The notes beneath the pieces were generated by a model. The model was not told the DNA's origin, did no database searches, and was given only the letters and a program-made list of their open reading frames with translations. This document shows, piece by piece, positions 9,676 to 22,843 of a DNA stretch of 64,000 nt. Source of the stretch: Lama guanicoe (lineage: Eukaryota); the NCBI GenBank assembly GCA_013239625.1, contig MU055600.1:5211338-5275337 (forward strand), in the 5' to 3' direction. Position 1 is the first letter of the stretch. The number at the start of each line of letters is the position of its first letter. The translations under genes were made by a program, and so were the position numbers.

Positions 9676-11619
9676 GTCCCATTATTTTTTTACTGATAAC
9701 TGACCTGGGTTAAGTCATCATTGGAAACCTCGATTGCTTTTGCAGAACTTTTAACGGCAAATAGAAAGGAAAGCACACATTTTGGTCATTTGTCCACACT
9801 GTAGGTTAGAGACAGTACCGTTTTACAAATAAGAAGACTGCAGTGAGACGCCAGTGAGCGGCTATCCCATAATTAAGACGGGGACATGTTGATTTCAGGT
9901 AGAAGGATTAATTCCATCTTCTTGCATTAAACCAGGAAAGAAGGAAAAAGTCGGTTCCTGGTTCTCAAAGCAATAATTACGTAGGAGGCGAATCCAAATG
10001 GAAGAGAAGAAAATATGAACCTGATATAATATAATGCAGCTTGAATACTCTCTAAATGATGGAGACATTCAGCAAACTCCGTTCCCCTGGGCTCCTAAAT
10101 TTGAAAATAGACTTAAGAAAGAATGTCACTGTGAGAACTGTAATGAACAGAAAGCCTCTTTGATCCTATGAAAGCAAAAGAATATATCACATTCTAATTG
10201 TTTTAGTCATTGGACCATAGAGGCTTCTCTGAGTATAAATGTGAACAGGAAACAGAAACACTGCAGAATAATTCTAGGTGGAGAAATGCATCCACTTGGA
10301 CTCAAGACATGATTCCGTCTCTGCCTGACATATTCTGTCTTGATGAAATTTGCCTACATTTCACAGTGAAACAATGAAACAAAGGGTTAACTGACCTACA
10401 GCCTGGTGCTGATAGTGACAAAATTAGTCTAAAAAATAATAAAGCACAGTGTTGCTTCATTGCTGCATATGAAACAGTTACCTAAATCAGTTTAACCAGT
10501 TAACTGGACCAAAGTGAACAAACCATATTTTGTGAAATAGTACTCCATCAAAATGTTCCAGAAAAATACGTGTGTCTTATGTTGGAGCACATTTAGGAAG
10601 TACCACACACTCTTCTTGGGATCGACTGTAAACTACTTTTCAAAATGCAAAGAACCTATTAATGTCCATAATTATTATTAAACTATCACTAAACAACTAG
10701 TAAAGGCACTGAGAAGTCCTGCATAAAGCAATGTCCTGCTTTCTTTGACATAGTGTTTCCCAGAATGATTTGTCTTTTTCAGATCATGTCCATTAGATAT
10801 CACATCCACCTGGGGAAAGTCTTCATTTAGCTGGGGACAGCAATGAAGCAGAGGGGTGAATCTTTGCTCCATTCCCTTCCATAATTCTTTTTCTAAAGAA
10901 TCCCCTCAAGCCAATAAGAGGCTTCTGTATTTATGGAAGAACCTCTGAAGAAGCATAGTCAGTTTTGCTGTCCTGTATCTTTGAATCGACCTGGGCACTT
11001 GTTCAATATACAGCCTACCATACACGAATGTTTGAGCATCTCAGGGCTTTTGATATAGAAAATTGTGGACCCCTCCTCTGTGACCCTGTCTATACTCCCT
11101 GCCTCTCTTTCCAGAAATGTCTTTTCCCAGACTCTGGTCTTCTGGCTTGATCTGCCATTCCCTTGAACTTAAGTTTGCTCTTGATGCTTCTCTTCTGGAC
11201 CTAGATTTGTGCTCAGTTTCCAATTTGACCATATCAGGCCACAACTGGTAACCTGTCTGAAAAAAACCTCAGGCCCAAGACCCATCCACAACATTGCTGT
11301 CACAACCCAGTGCCCTCAATGACTGCTTCTCTTGAAGAAGAATCAGAAATTACTGTACCATCTGGAAACAAATTATTGCATCAATCACCTAGAGATCTGG
11401 GGCTTGTTCCAGATGCATAGATAGATACCATTATTTTTGATGCTAAGCACACACAGCTTCCTTGGTCCTCTGTTATTGATCTATAAAATGTTGACTTTCT
11501 TATAGCACATAGGGGTACAGATTGATACACGAAAGCATAGTATTTTCATCTTTATCTTCTTTTTAATATATATACCCTTTTCTTCTGTGTCAAGTTGGTC
11601 AAAATATTTGTATGGCTGT

Positions 11620-11760
11620 CAATAGTTTACAAAATGGTGTTACTCATAAGTTTTCATTTAATCTGAATAATTCAAAGTGAGGTAGGTATGATGGTGATTT
11701 CAGAAGAGACAACTGAGACCCAAACAATTAAGTGAGTTGCTCCAAGTTTCATAGCTGGTT
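11620..11760 (-). mobile_element. MIR SINE
   Basis: gtgaggtaggtatg...cagaagagacaactgagaccc...ttaagtgagttgctccaag. Confidence 0.7.
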
Positions 11761-12164
11761 AAAAAAAAAAAAAAAGGTGTGGATCTGAGATCCCACTGTG
11801 TGGGGCCAGCAGTGGAGGGCTGCCACTGGAGTCTCCTAGCCAGTGAGCGTCTTCTCCTTTGACACCAGGCCATTGCAAACCGGGGCTAGTGACCTGGTAA
11901 CCTTCTGCAAATCAGACTCAGTTAAAAGCTTCCCGCAAAATGCATTCGTTCTAAACAAAGGAATGTGAAACATGCAATGTATCATTGCTTCCTTCTAGTC
12001 AAAAGGAAAGCTTAAATAAATACCTCCTCTTGACTTTTACATCCAAAGCTGCATTGCCTCTAGACACCCATATGCATTTGCTTGAGGGGTGGCGGTCAGC
12101 TAAGCCGTGGTTAGTGGATGCTTTGCCCTGGGAAGTCAGGATAGAAAATCAACATGTCCATTCT

Positions 12165-12400
12165 CATGTTTTCATTCGTTGATTCCTTCCGGACATACTG
12201 AAAACTACTCTCGGCTAGATGTTCTTCCAGGAACTAGTGATACAGAGATGATCAGAACAGAAGGTTTCTTCTCTTCACAGAACTTACCTTCCAGTGGGGA
12301 ACCAGATAACAAATTAATAAACACACAGACAGATGAGATGATCTTTGATGTTAAGAAGTCCAAGAAGAAAATATGAGAGAGTAATATGGAGATAGGAGAG
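12165..12400 (-). mobile_element. L2 LINE 3' fragment
   Basis: ttcattcgttgattcc...gtgatacagagatgatcagaacaga...ccagtggggaaccagataacaaa. Confidence 0.65.
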
Positions 12401-12993
12401 GACAGCAGACAACATTAACAAGGATGGTCATGCACATCTTCTTTGGGCAGAACCATAGGAAAAACATTGCCAAATACCCTGGAAACAAGAATGTGGGCTG
12501 GTAGCAAGGATAAGATGGACCACGTACCAGTTCATGAGGGTTCAAGTTCACCAGGCTCAACTCCTACAATTATGAGTCAGAAAGTGATTCTCCAGGTTCT
12601 TCTGGAAAAACTTAATGCAGAGCTAATAGAAATCAACATTTATAGAATGGCAAGAGGCTGAGGAAGACAGAGTTTGGAAAAAATTAAGGCCGGTCTTGTG
12701 TTCTTCAATTGGAAGTCTTCCACTATCATTGTTAAAAGGCGGAGCAGAAGGAAATGAATAATTAGCTTCATGAGAAGGGGTCAGGGGTGATCTGCTCACC
12801 AAGCAAAGCCAAGGTCAATGGTTGCTGTCTTTTGGCATCATTAACCACACTCTTGTTTATGCAGTTTGAATCTGACTGCCGAGGAGTTTTACACTATTCA
12901 ATGAACATTTTCTGTCATGTTCATTTTCAAAAGGATATAATTTCCTATCCAAACTGTAACATACCAACTTTCAAAGGAAGCCGCTGTGGTAGG

Positions 12994-13480
12994 NNNNNNN
13001 NNNNNNNNNNNNNNNNNNNNNNNNNNNNNNNNNNNNNNNNNNNNNNNNNNNNNNNNNNNNNNNNNNNNNNNNNNNNNNNNNNNNNNNNNNNNNNNNNNNN
13101 NNNNNNNNNNNNNNNNNNNNNNNNNNNNNNNNNNNNNNNNNNNNNNNNNGCCCATTTATTAAGAGAGAGCGCTAGCAAGCATTTATGCTTTTGTGTTTAT
13201 ACTGCAAAGAAGACATGGCATCGAAAACCTGCTATGAGAATTTTGAATGCCGTTGTATTTTGAAATCCACATTAATTATAGATCCACTTATTCTTCAAAA
13301 AGACAGGACTTGCAGCAGGACCATAGTGGGAGNNNNNNNNNNNNNNNNNNNNNNNNNNNNNNNNNNNNNNNNNNNNNNNNNNNNNNNNNNNNNNNNNNNN
13401 NNNNNNNNNNNNNNNNNNNNNNNNNNNNNNNNNNNNNNNNNNNNNNNNNNNNNNNNNNNNNNNNNNNNNNNNNNNNNNNN
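12994..13480. other. Assembly gaps (N runs 12994-13149 and 13333-13480)
   Basis: Direct observation. The other gaps are 24929-25349, 32330-32573, 34249-34634, 38655-38818, 41211-41347, 42282-42437, 53864-53995 and 61061-61217. Confidence 1.
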
Positions 13481-14825
13481 GCTCCCTCTGTCTCTCAGAG
13501 GAATAAGGCGTAGGACTGACCAACACAACACAAACAAGCCAAGGGGGGAAAAAAATCCAGGAAGAAGGATAGGAGTTATTAAGGAGGAAACACACTCCTC
13601 ACTCACAGAGAGAAAGCATGATCAATGGATTTAGTCACAGAGAAATTCAAGCAGAAAATTGCTGCTGTTTTTTATCTGAACAGCAGAAAGTTTAACCAGA
13701 CCAGAATTCTCCAGTCTGAAGGAAGCACCTACAACACCTGTGGACAAAGGGATGGGAACTGGATCTCTGAACCAGAGAAAAACGGACAAGTCCTCTTACT
13801 CTTTCCTCATATAATGAGCTGATTTTTGACAGAAGAGGGTTTGCATCTGAAACGCCTTTGGTCAAGGCTAACATTCATTATAGCCCCAAATAGTTTCAAA
13901 GTGTATGAAGTAAGTAATTTGCTTCGTTCCGTCACTTGCCCTTGAACGAAAATAATGCCCTAAATAGTATCCAAAAAATGAATGTGAAAACAGTGCACAG
14001 TCCATGGACAGTCCAGCTAAGAGTGACAAATATAAAATCGTTACTGACAAAATGGAACGTACCAGCAATTCTTCACCTGCTAAAAATATTTAAAGAGCAG
14101 CTCAAATCACACTGTTTTGGCAAGTGTACTTTTTGAAGCTTGAGGAAAACAGAATTAGAGGCAAAAAAAACAACCCTGCGTTTCCCCAGGTTCTTGGCTG
14201 TCCTGGGTTACTTTTAATGCAAAAAAAAAAAATTTAATCCAAGAAAACTCAACTGCTGGAAGGAACTGCATCCATTTGAGGGCGAAGTAGTTGTCCCCAC
14301 TTGGAGAATGATTTAAAGAATGTCATTTCCAACATAGGATTTCTCAGCCCCATTGGAGAGAACAGAATGTTCCACATGAACGTCTATCTGCTGCTATTCC
14401 TCTGAGACAGGGGAAGTGAACAGCTGGACTTTCCTCTAAAAGAAGTTTAAACGTTTTGAATACTATACCAGAGTTTAAAGCTGATTTAGAAAAAAAAAAC
14501 AAATAGAACTTTAATGAGAGCCTTCAGCCATTGGTAGTTATGTGATTTTAGGAATGTGACTTGATCTAAAGCTCAGTTTTTTCAAGTAAAAATAAGAAAA
14601 AAAATTTTTTTTGCTTAGGGTGACAGGGAGGAATGAATTAAATATGCTACAGAAGGTTTGCATTCTGTAGCCAGCATTGAATAAATATCAGCCAGCAGTA
14701 TTTTGTCTCACTTGAACATTAGCAGTTACTCCCAACACTTTTTTGCAACCAAACTCTTAAAATCTCTACAGTGTTTTAGAGTGTGCATGATGCTTTTACA
14801 TTCATTTCTCCCCTGACTTGATTCC

Positions 14826-15530
14826 TGTATTAGGATAATATTAGCTGCTATAACAAAAAAACCCTGAAACTTCGATGACTTAACACATTAGAAAAAAAAA
14901 AGACAACAACTTTATTCCAATATTAAAGTAATAACACACGAGCTAAGAGAATTCAGTGGTGCCAGGGTACTTACTGAATCTCCATGTCTAGATGGGAACA
15001 AGGACAATTAGGACGGACAACTAGACAGTATATAGTATAAGTATAACTTCTTGCTTACAATTTACAAATTGTATTATTATTACAATCTTTGATCTCTGAT
15101 AACCTACAGTGCTGGCTGCATGAATCCAGCAAACTTAAAATTCAGAAACTGTTTTCTAAAACTTTAGGGCAAATAGTTTACAAATAAGCTACACAAAGAT
15201 CTAGACCATGCAGAAATGTCTTACATTTCTTTTACTCTTGTAGAAGCCCAACACAGATGCTCCTGACGTGGGACACAGCCTTCTAATCATGATGATTTGG
15301 GGGCCCGAATTCCTAAGGTGGATTCCGGGCTCCATCCTCCTGGGCCATGGAAACCTCCGCGCTTGGCTGGCATTTGGGAAATCGGCACAGAGGGTCACTC
15401 AGGGGAGGCTTCATCAGCCACATCCTTCCATTTGCATTCTGTTGGCTGGAAGTCACGTGGCCCCACTGAACCCAAGGGGAGCCTGGGGGACTGACTGCCT
15501 TGAAGCTCTGTGCCCAGGAGCCGGGAAACC
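14826..15530 (-). mobile_element. MLT1 (ERVL-MaLR, MLT1K-like) solo LTR, interrupted
   Basis: tgtattaggataatattagctgctataacaaa...gacttaacaca at one end, and cattctgttggctggaagtcacgtggccccactgaacccaaggggagcctggg...ctgtgcccaggag further on; about 14920-15240 does not look like LTR. Confidence 0.6.
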
Positions 15531-16251
15531 ACCTCTGCCCAAATCTCCTTCCTGACCAGCCCAAAAACTACACAGAATAAACGGGATTTCCCCTTGTTAC
15601 ACAGAAGTAGATCTGGGAACAGTAATATGGCTTCTGTGAAACTGGAAGACTCAGACTCAGTCTCTCGACTCGCCTTTCAGTGAGCTTCCATCCCTCCACC
15701 TCGGCTTCACGGGGAGCATCAGGGTGGCCTGAGAGAGAGAGGGAGACCCAGGGATGGTTACCAGTGCTCTAGTCCGGGCTTCATTTTCGCTCTTCTCTCT
15801 CATCCTCAAGCTGCCTGGGTCAGCTCAGCCAGCGAGGAAAAGGACATGGCGCACCTTTCACGTGCTGAAGGACCTAAAGTCTTTCCTCTCCCTCCAGCAT
15901 TTGTATTTTACAAAAAGGGAGACAGTGTTTTCTCCACTGAAGGGAACTGGGAACGAGCTCACCCATAGTTCAGGGAGCGGGACCTCCTTTACCAGTTTCC
16001 TTGCCCAGGAGACAAGTTGCTTTCCATTTCCCTGCATGTTAGAATCCCCAAAGTGATACAGAGAAATGAAGACCCAGGTTGTTCTGTTGCTTTTGCTCCC
16101 GGAACTATCCAAATAAGAAGGACGGAGCACCCTGGGCTTTCCAGAGGTGCAGAGATACACCTGGTGCCATGTTAAAACGCACCAGGAAATTGCAAGCCTT
16201 TGGCCAGAAAGACCTCATTTATCATCTCGGACAGCTTTTAGGGCCATCAAA

Positions 16252-16321
16252 ATGTGGGCAAAGAAATATCACAAGATTGTGCAGGAAAGCCGTCACCTCT
16301 TCGCACCTGGAATAGATCCGG
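16252..16321 (+). CDS. Speculative alternative first coding exon (MWAKKYHKIVQESRHLFAPGIDP, phase 1)
   Basis: ATG with A at -3, 23 codons, then CGG|GTAAAT donor, in sequence with no recognisable repeat. No homologue recognised. Confidence 0.2.
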
Positions 16322-17129
16322 GTAAATATTCAGATGGTGTAAGGCGAGAGGCAGGCGAAGTTTACTGCTAAACAGTCTAAATTCTTTTGCCCAAAAGACA
16401 GTTATTTTCTTTCACCTCAAACAACTTCAAGATATTGCCCCGGGGCCGTGGGAGTATTTTGTTATTTTCCGTGTGAAATATTATATTCCCTGGTGGACGT
16501 GGGGAGATTGTATTACTGTCCAGTGATTCCCTTAGTTGACACAACGAGCCATGCTGGTGACCTCAACGTTCGGAGTTGCATCCAAATGTGGGGCTTTTCT
16601 GCTGAAGGACCGAGATAAAGCCCAGAGACTGTAAGAGGTGACCAGAAGCCAAGGCACTGGAGAGTCCGTGCGCTCTGCAGGGCAGGGATGGGTATGGCAC
16701 GTGTCAGCTTGCTCTGTGTGCTGCTACTGTCCTGAAATACGAGGTCTGAGGCACTGCTTGGTGTAGGTAGCTGATAAAACCCTCATAATTCACGCCCTTT
16801 ACTAATCAGTGATCACCAGTGATTGAATCAGGTGGAATATGACTTGGTCTCAACTGAGTTCTTCCCTACTCTTACACATAAAGAAATCTCCTTCTGCTGG
16901 TGAAAACAAGCAAGCCATGAGGACAGAGAAAGATCTAGCCCCTTGGTTTTTTGTTTGCTTTTTTTTTTTTCAATCACCATTAAAGACCTGGTACATCTCA
17001 GAGGCACAAAAACTTCCAGGGAGGGACTGGATGCTCTAAGAAGAGAGTTATGGTATAAAATTTCACCAGAATGACTCTCCCCCGGGTTCACTTATTTATT
17101 TATTTCGCTCTGTGCCGCGTTAGGTCTGT

Positions 17130-17500
17130 GATTTTCCCTAAGACGATGATCTGCGAGCCCGGCTGTTTGCATGTGCGGGATCTCATTTATTAGGAAGCGA
17201 AGTATGTAATGGTGAAAAATAGCTCAAAGGGTTTCCTCTTTCTCTGGGGTGTCTCTGCTTCCGCACGGCTGGCTGCGTGCACAGTCGGTGCCACGGAAAT
17301 AAATGGAAGGGAAACGGGGGGCCTTGGGATGCGCAGTGTGGGAGACCCTCCTCCACATCTGGAAGCCTCGGACAACCCCGCCTCCTCCTCCTCTCTGCCC
17401 GGGGCTCAGGCTTGCCAAGGGTCTGGGGGTCACTACAGTGGCCAGTGGCGCCTGCAAAGACACATGTGAGCTCCATGCTCAGTAATTTATTTTCTTGAGG

Positions 17501-17542
<42 letters not shown>

Positions 17543-17800
17543 AGCCGCAGCTGATGGCGCTGATGTGGGCAAGGCAGACTTCTCCGCCTCCCAGTCTGCG
17601 AGATGCCTTTCTCCAATCACCTTGAGGACTTGCCAGCAGAGAGTGGAAAATCCCTGAGTGCAGACAAGGGTTTTAAAGACTTCGTGGGAAGAAAAGACGT
17701 GGGGTTTGATCTTCTAAGAAATCTTTATAAAACGCATTAATAATGCAGACTGCTGCGTCTGTAGCTACGTAAGAAACACCGCTCGCTGACATCACTCCTC
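17130..17800 (+). promoter_or_regulatory. Candidate internal promoter/enhancer
   Basis: Locally GC- and CpG-enriched. GC boxes at 17376-17385 and 17582-17592, CTCF-like GCAGCTGATGGCGCT at 17547-17561, CCAAT at 17613, TATAAAA at 17726-17732, TGACATCA at 17787-17794. Confidence 0.35.
17503..17541. repeat. (GT)n microsatellite
   Basis: About 19 perfect GT units. Confidence 0.98.
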
Positions 17801-17999
17801 CAGACTCTTGTCACTCCTATTTTATCATAAATATTCTGGAATGTGGAGACAGTTACACGACTCCTCTAAGTCTTCCGGTCAGTCCGGAGCAGAGCTGCCA
17901 CACAACTTCTGCTCTCCTTCAGGCAGAAATCTTGACCCCCCCTCCCATACACAGAAAAGATTGATTGTGAGAACAAGGGTGACAGAGGGGCTGAGACTT

Positions 18000-18180
18000 C
18001 TGTGCCAGTCGCTGGGTGAGGCATTCTACATACCTGACCCACTCAGCCTCGCAGTGCCTCTGAGATGCTGTGCGGATGTTGTGACGCCCGTATCACCGAG
18101 GAGGAAACAGAAGCTCAGAGACATTAATCAGTTTTCTGAAAGCCCCACAGCTCATCAGTGAGAGAACCAGGATTTCCACG
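18000..18180 (-). mobile_element. MIR SINE
   Basis: gaggaggaaacagaagctcagagacattaatcag...cacagctcatcagtgagagaaccaggattt. Confidence 0.7.
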
Positions 18181-18384
18181 CAAGCTGTCACACCACAGTA
18201 CACAGCTGGCTCACAGACGCACCTGTGCAAGTGGAGAGACGGGGAGTCTGACCTGAGAATAAAGGCGCTGACGTTCCTCCGTGAACAATGACTTAGTAAG
18301 GATATTTGCGGTTCAAGGATTCTTCTCTGCAAGACGCTTGGGTGGCATGCCTACATTCACTGGCTTTTAATTTTTAAAAATCAG

Positions 18385-18530
18385 TGGAAGCTCGCGGGGC
18401 TATGTAGTCCACCCCTTTGTGCTATAGTTGAGAAAATCGAGGACCGAATAAGTGAAGTGAGATGTGCAGGGTCGTATAGACAGTGAAGAATTGAGACTAA
18501 TACCTGGGTCCTCTAGGTGCCTCTCTGCTT
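18385..18530 (-). mobile_element. MIR/MIR3 fragment
   Basis: atgtagtccacccc...tagttgagaaaatcgaggacc...gtgaagtgagatgtgcagggtc. Confidence 0.55.
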
Positions 18531-19164
18531 TGGACTATGAGGCATTTTAGCAGTGGATTCTGCCACCTCTTTGGTTGCCAGGATGGACACCATTTTTCTG
18601 GAAGCTTGGGGGATGAGTGGCCCCTCCACTACCTTACCACTCACACAAGGCCCTTGATGAAGGTCTGGCTCTGAAGAGGGAGGCTCATTGCTGAGCCAAA
18701 GCCAAGGGGCATGATGACGTCCCGAGGCAGACCCTCAGAAAGTTCAAGACTTCCACTGGGCAGGCTGGCGATGTTGTCCATCTGGGTCAAAAGTAATTCT
18801 GTGCTTGGTTAATTTATGAGGTATTGTTTCCTGAGTAGCTTCTGCCAGATCACATGCCTGCCATCGAGTTGCTGCACGGGCAGGTAAATGATGACACCCC
18901 AGGATAGAGACTGGTAAGTTTCTGACCTTCTGTGCCATTCCCAGGTAGGGAGACATCCATCACTTGGTTTCTGTCACCTTTCTCCTTGGCCAGGGTGCGC
19001 TGCTAGGAAAAGTTACAGAGATGTACAGGCAGACTTAGCCAAGGGCAGTTTTGCCTCTGAGCCATTCCCTAGTAATAATGTATTTGATCATTTTTAAAAC
19101 TCTGATACCTTACCACCTCCCCACATAAATTATGTGGGATTTCCTCTCCCTTGAAATTCTTAGG

Positions 19165-19310
19165 CCAGAGGTTCTCAATCCTAGATGCATATTAGAAGCC
19201 CATGGGAAGATTTCAAAGTCTTCCATGTCTCCACGCATCTCTGGATGGAAGTAGGACCCCGACATCAGTGGGTTTTAAAGGTCCTAGGGAAATCCCGTTG
19301 TGAAGTCAGT
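19165..19310. mobile_element. MER5-like DNA transposon remnant
   Basis: ccagaggttctcaatcctagatgcatattagaagcccatgggaag...catcagtgggttttaaag. Confidence 0.65.
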
Positions 19311-19939
19311 TTACTCTACCATCATTTATGGGGCAAAAGGAAAGAAAAACAGGCATTATTTTTGTGCAGGGTGTACCCAGAATTTTACATACGTTATCTT
19401 ATTTAGAATTTACCACACTTCTGTAATGAAGAAATTCATGCTCAGAGAAGTCCTATGCCCTGGGTCACACTAGATGTAGCAGGTATGGGATTAAAACACA
19501 GTATTGCTAAATTTTCCCAACCTTGCATTTAGTTTTTCTTACCTAAAACATCAAATATGGTACTTGGCACACAGTGATAACAACGTGTGTTAATTCCCTT
19601 TTTTTTCCCAATCTCAAAAAATCTATTATGTTTCCTCATAACTATTTTGAATAATTTTGGCTGACTAACCTTCTGTTAGATCAACTCATATCATGATAAC
19701 CTCTGAGGAAAACACTTTGAAGGACTTTCTTTTCCTACAGTATCGAATCCAAACTGCTCTAGATTTTTGAGAGTGACTTTATCGCTCTGTATAATTTTAG
19801 GTTTCATTCTTTCTAGATTATATCTTCTTCCACAAGTCTATGTAATATCCCATGGAAATAGCCTAAATTTTCTTTGCATCTCTCTCCTCTCTTAAATTCT
19901 GTAGATGATGCAATTCAATAACCAGAAATGACTTTAGGA

Positions 19940-20300
19940 GAATTATCGAAGAATCAAGAAAATGTCTAGCTATGATATTAAGTAAAAAGTAGCACTGAAA
20001 ACATATTTATATATATATAAAACTTGATCCTAATTATGCAATATGTATAAATGAATGTAATTATGCCATGATCCTAATTATATAATATAAGCATATGTTT
20101 ATACATATGTAGACATGTATGACATATGTTATTTTATTTGTGTATATAAGCATGCATTTTTAATTACAAGCATACTTGCCAAATGATAGTAGTAGTTACA
20201 TCTAGGTTATAGTTAATTTTTTTATTTCCTTTTTTTTTGCGACTTTCCAAGTTTCTTTTAAAGTTCTCACAAAATAACTTGTATCTTACTTTACTGTAAA
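19940..20300 (+). mobile_element. Ancient L1ME-type 3' UTR, AT-rich
   Basis: gatattaagtaaaaagtagc...ccaaatgatagtagtagttacatctagg...ttccaagtttct. Confidence 0.55.
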
Positions 20301-21214
20301 TTACATAAATTCAGTTTACCTTCCAGTTACCTCCCAAATATGAACTCTCTGTAAAGTCTTAATCACACTCAACCTAGTTGACCTCCCCCTCTTTGAAGGC
20401 TTACAGCATTCAACATACACCTGGCTCGCACGTCAACATTTATTATATTTATTTTATTTTTTGTCCAGTGGGAGTGCATTCTCCCTCTGGTTCTAGAGGA
20501 GTTGATGCCACCAGCTGGCTTGAGAGTTGAAGCAAGTGACTAGGGCTAAGCCCATTGTCAGGTTTTATCTATAGGGACACAGAGATGGGCCTTTTGGGAA
20601 GTAACGCATTCCCTTTACTTAAAAAAAAAAAAAAAGTTGTTGATTTCCTGTTGCTGGGAACCGGTAGATTTCTAACTAAAACGAGTCCCAAAAGGTTTGC
20701 TCCATGTATGTAATTTTTATCTTTGCAATCAAGTTGGCCTTCATGCAACAAACATTCATTAAGCCTCTTTTCTGTGCCAGACCCTTTGGAGAAACAAAGA
20801 TAAGCTAGTCACCATCTTAAACACATAGGCCTTGAGGTCCTGGCTGCTTGTCTGCCATCCCCCCGTAGCACAGAGCTAACTCCACGGTAGGTTTCTTAGA
20901 GCATGATGAGTGCCTGCCTGCTGGTGCAAGGATTCACCTTATGAGTTTATTTACTGTGGTGAATTCATGTATCTTCATTTTCAAGGTTTTCTTTTCACAT
21001 CTGGCTGACAGAGTTCTGTTTTGCTACCTACAGGTCCCGTCTAGTTTTATGGAACATCTCCATAATAATAATATTTTCCACTTTAAGCATGTATATTTTG
21101 GTGACCCATGGTATACATCATTTTTTTGTTTCCTTTAAAGATAATCTTACTATAGTTTTTTTGCACGCATTAGCTCTTATGACTTTATAGAATTCAGTTC
21201 AGCTTGACTTCACA

Positions 21215-21274
21215 GGAAGGAAGGGAGAAAGGAAGGAAGGAAGGAAGGAAGGAAGGAAGGAAGGAAGGAAGGAA
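21215..21274. repeat. (GGAA)n microsatellite
   Basis: Direct observation. Confidence 0.97.
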
Positions 21275-22249
21275 GAGATGCAAAGATCTTAACTACAAAG
21301 TCTTCCAAAAGCACACTAAAAGAGATGGAAGGGGAACCGTTGAAGTTAGGCTAGCAAATTCTTGAACTGATTTATGGCAGCAATCAGTATTTGAAAATTT
21401 ACTTTTAACCTCAGAGAAGTTACAGCAAAAAAAAAGAAAATAACTCCAAGCTTGCAATCCAACCCAGTGATCATACCTCAAATTTACTAATCTTGGCAAC
21501 CGAAAACAAAATTATAGGGCAGGAGCAACCACACAAAGCAACCCTTATTTGTAATCGCAGTAAGTGTGGGACACAGAGGGAACGTCCAAGCCAGCTTTCT
21601 AAGAACTCCTCAGCCAAGAGCACCTGGGGTAAATTACAGCTGTTTCACAACACCCTGCTGAAGGAAGGCAGGGGCGAGCAGAATATCCACCTAGGAGAAC
21701 CTGCCGGACACAACTGTGGGTCTGACTCGTGGAAACATTTCCCTCCTCACCTGGCTATGTCCTAAAGCAGCCTGCAGGTTTCCCAGTAGATTGTACTGGG
21801 GAAGGAGCAAGGGCTTGGCCACCAAGTGGACTCTGACTTTAGTCCCTATGAGGGAGCTCCTTTTCCCCAGTTGTTCACTGGAGGAAATATAAACTATTTC
21901 ATAGATCTGTTGGAAGATGAAATAAGTGAATCTACTTTACTTTCCTCCTGGGAGGAAGAGTAAAGGTGGGTATCACTGCTTCTGCAAGTTTCAAGTTCAA
22001 AATTCAGTAAGTCGGTCATTTTTTTAATTTGGGGTTGAATATGAAAGAGGCCCAAAGTTTAAACCAATACTTGTCCCCAGGCAGCACTGCCTCCAGGGAA
22101 TAGTCTAAAACCAACACGAAGGCGCCCACAACATTTCTCTTCCCAATCATTCCGAGAACGTTCAGGAAGCAGGGAGACAGAATTTAGTTTAGGTGCACTG
22201 CTGTGTTAGGATAAGGAAGTGACCCAGCATTTCCTACAAATGCCAACCC

Positions 22250-22430
22250 ATGCCACGTGCTACACTGGGTGTCCTAAACACGACTTTTAAAAAATTCTTT
22301 CTAACAACACTAGAAGCAGAAATTTTTCATTCAAGCCAATGAGGACATTGAGGCTCAGATAAATTAACTTGCTGACATTCATGCACTCTGTAATTTGAAG
22401 AATCAGAATTCATATCTGGATCTTTTTCAG
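22250..22430 (-). mobile_element. MIR SINE
   Basis: atgaggacattgaggctcagataaattaacttgc...agaatcagaattcatatctgg. Confidence 0.65.
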
Positions 22431-22505
22431 TTGAACTGCACAATTTATGCCAGAATCTTAAGGGTTCCCGTAGCAGTCAGACTCCCCAATTTTTCCTGGT
22501 GTTAG

Positions 22506-22843
22506 TGTTTTAGTTCGTTTCAGTTTAAACAACAGAAGTGTATTTGTTCCTAATTTCAGAGTCTGGGAAAACCAAGATCAAGACACTGGTTGATTTAGTT
22601 CCTGGTGAGAGCTCAGCTCCTGACTTGCATATGGCGCCTTGCTCCATGTGTCCTTACATGATGAAGAGCGAGTGATCCCTCTGGTTCCTCTTCTTGTAAG
22701 AACATGAACCCTGTAGCATCAGGTCCCCACCCTTATAATCCCATTTAACCTTCATTATCTCCTTATAGGCCCCATCTCCCAATACAGTTACATGAGGGCT
22801 TCCATATATGAATTTGAGAGAGGGGTACCATTGGTCCATAGCA
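22506..22843 (-). mobile_element. MLT1A-type (ERVL-MaLR) solo LTR
   Basis: The reverse complement begins TGCTATGGACCAATG...AAATTCATATATGGAAGCCC like MLT1A0; also ttaaacaacagaagtgtattt and ccttataggccccatctcccaatac. Confidence 0.85.

Noticed and set aside
12900-16186. 8-9-bp inverted repeats (12900-12925, about 13663-13687, about 14646-14671, about 16160-16186)
   Set aside because: Short enough to be expected by chance in 64 kb and they do not extend convincingly.
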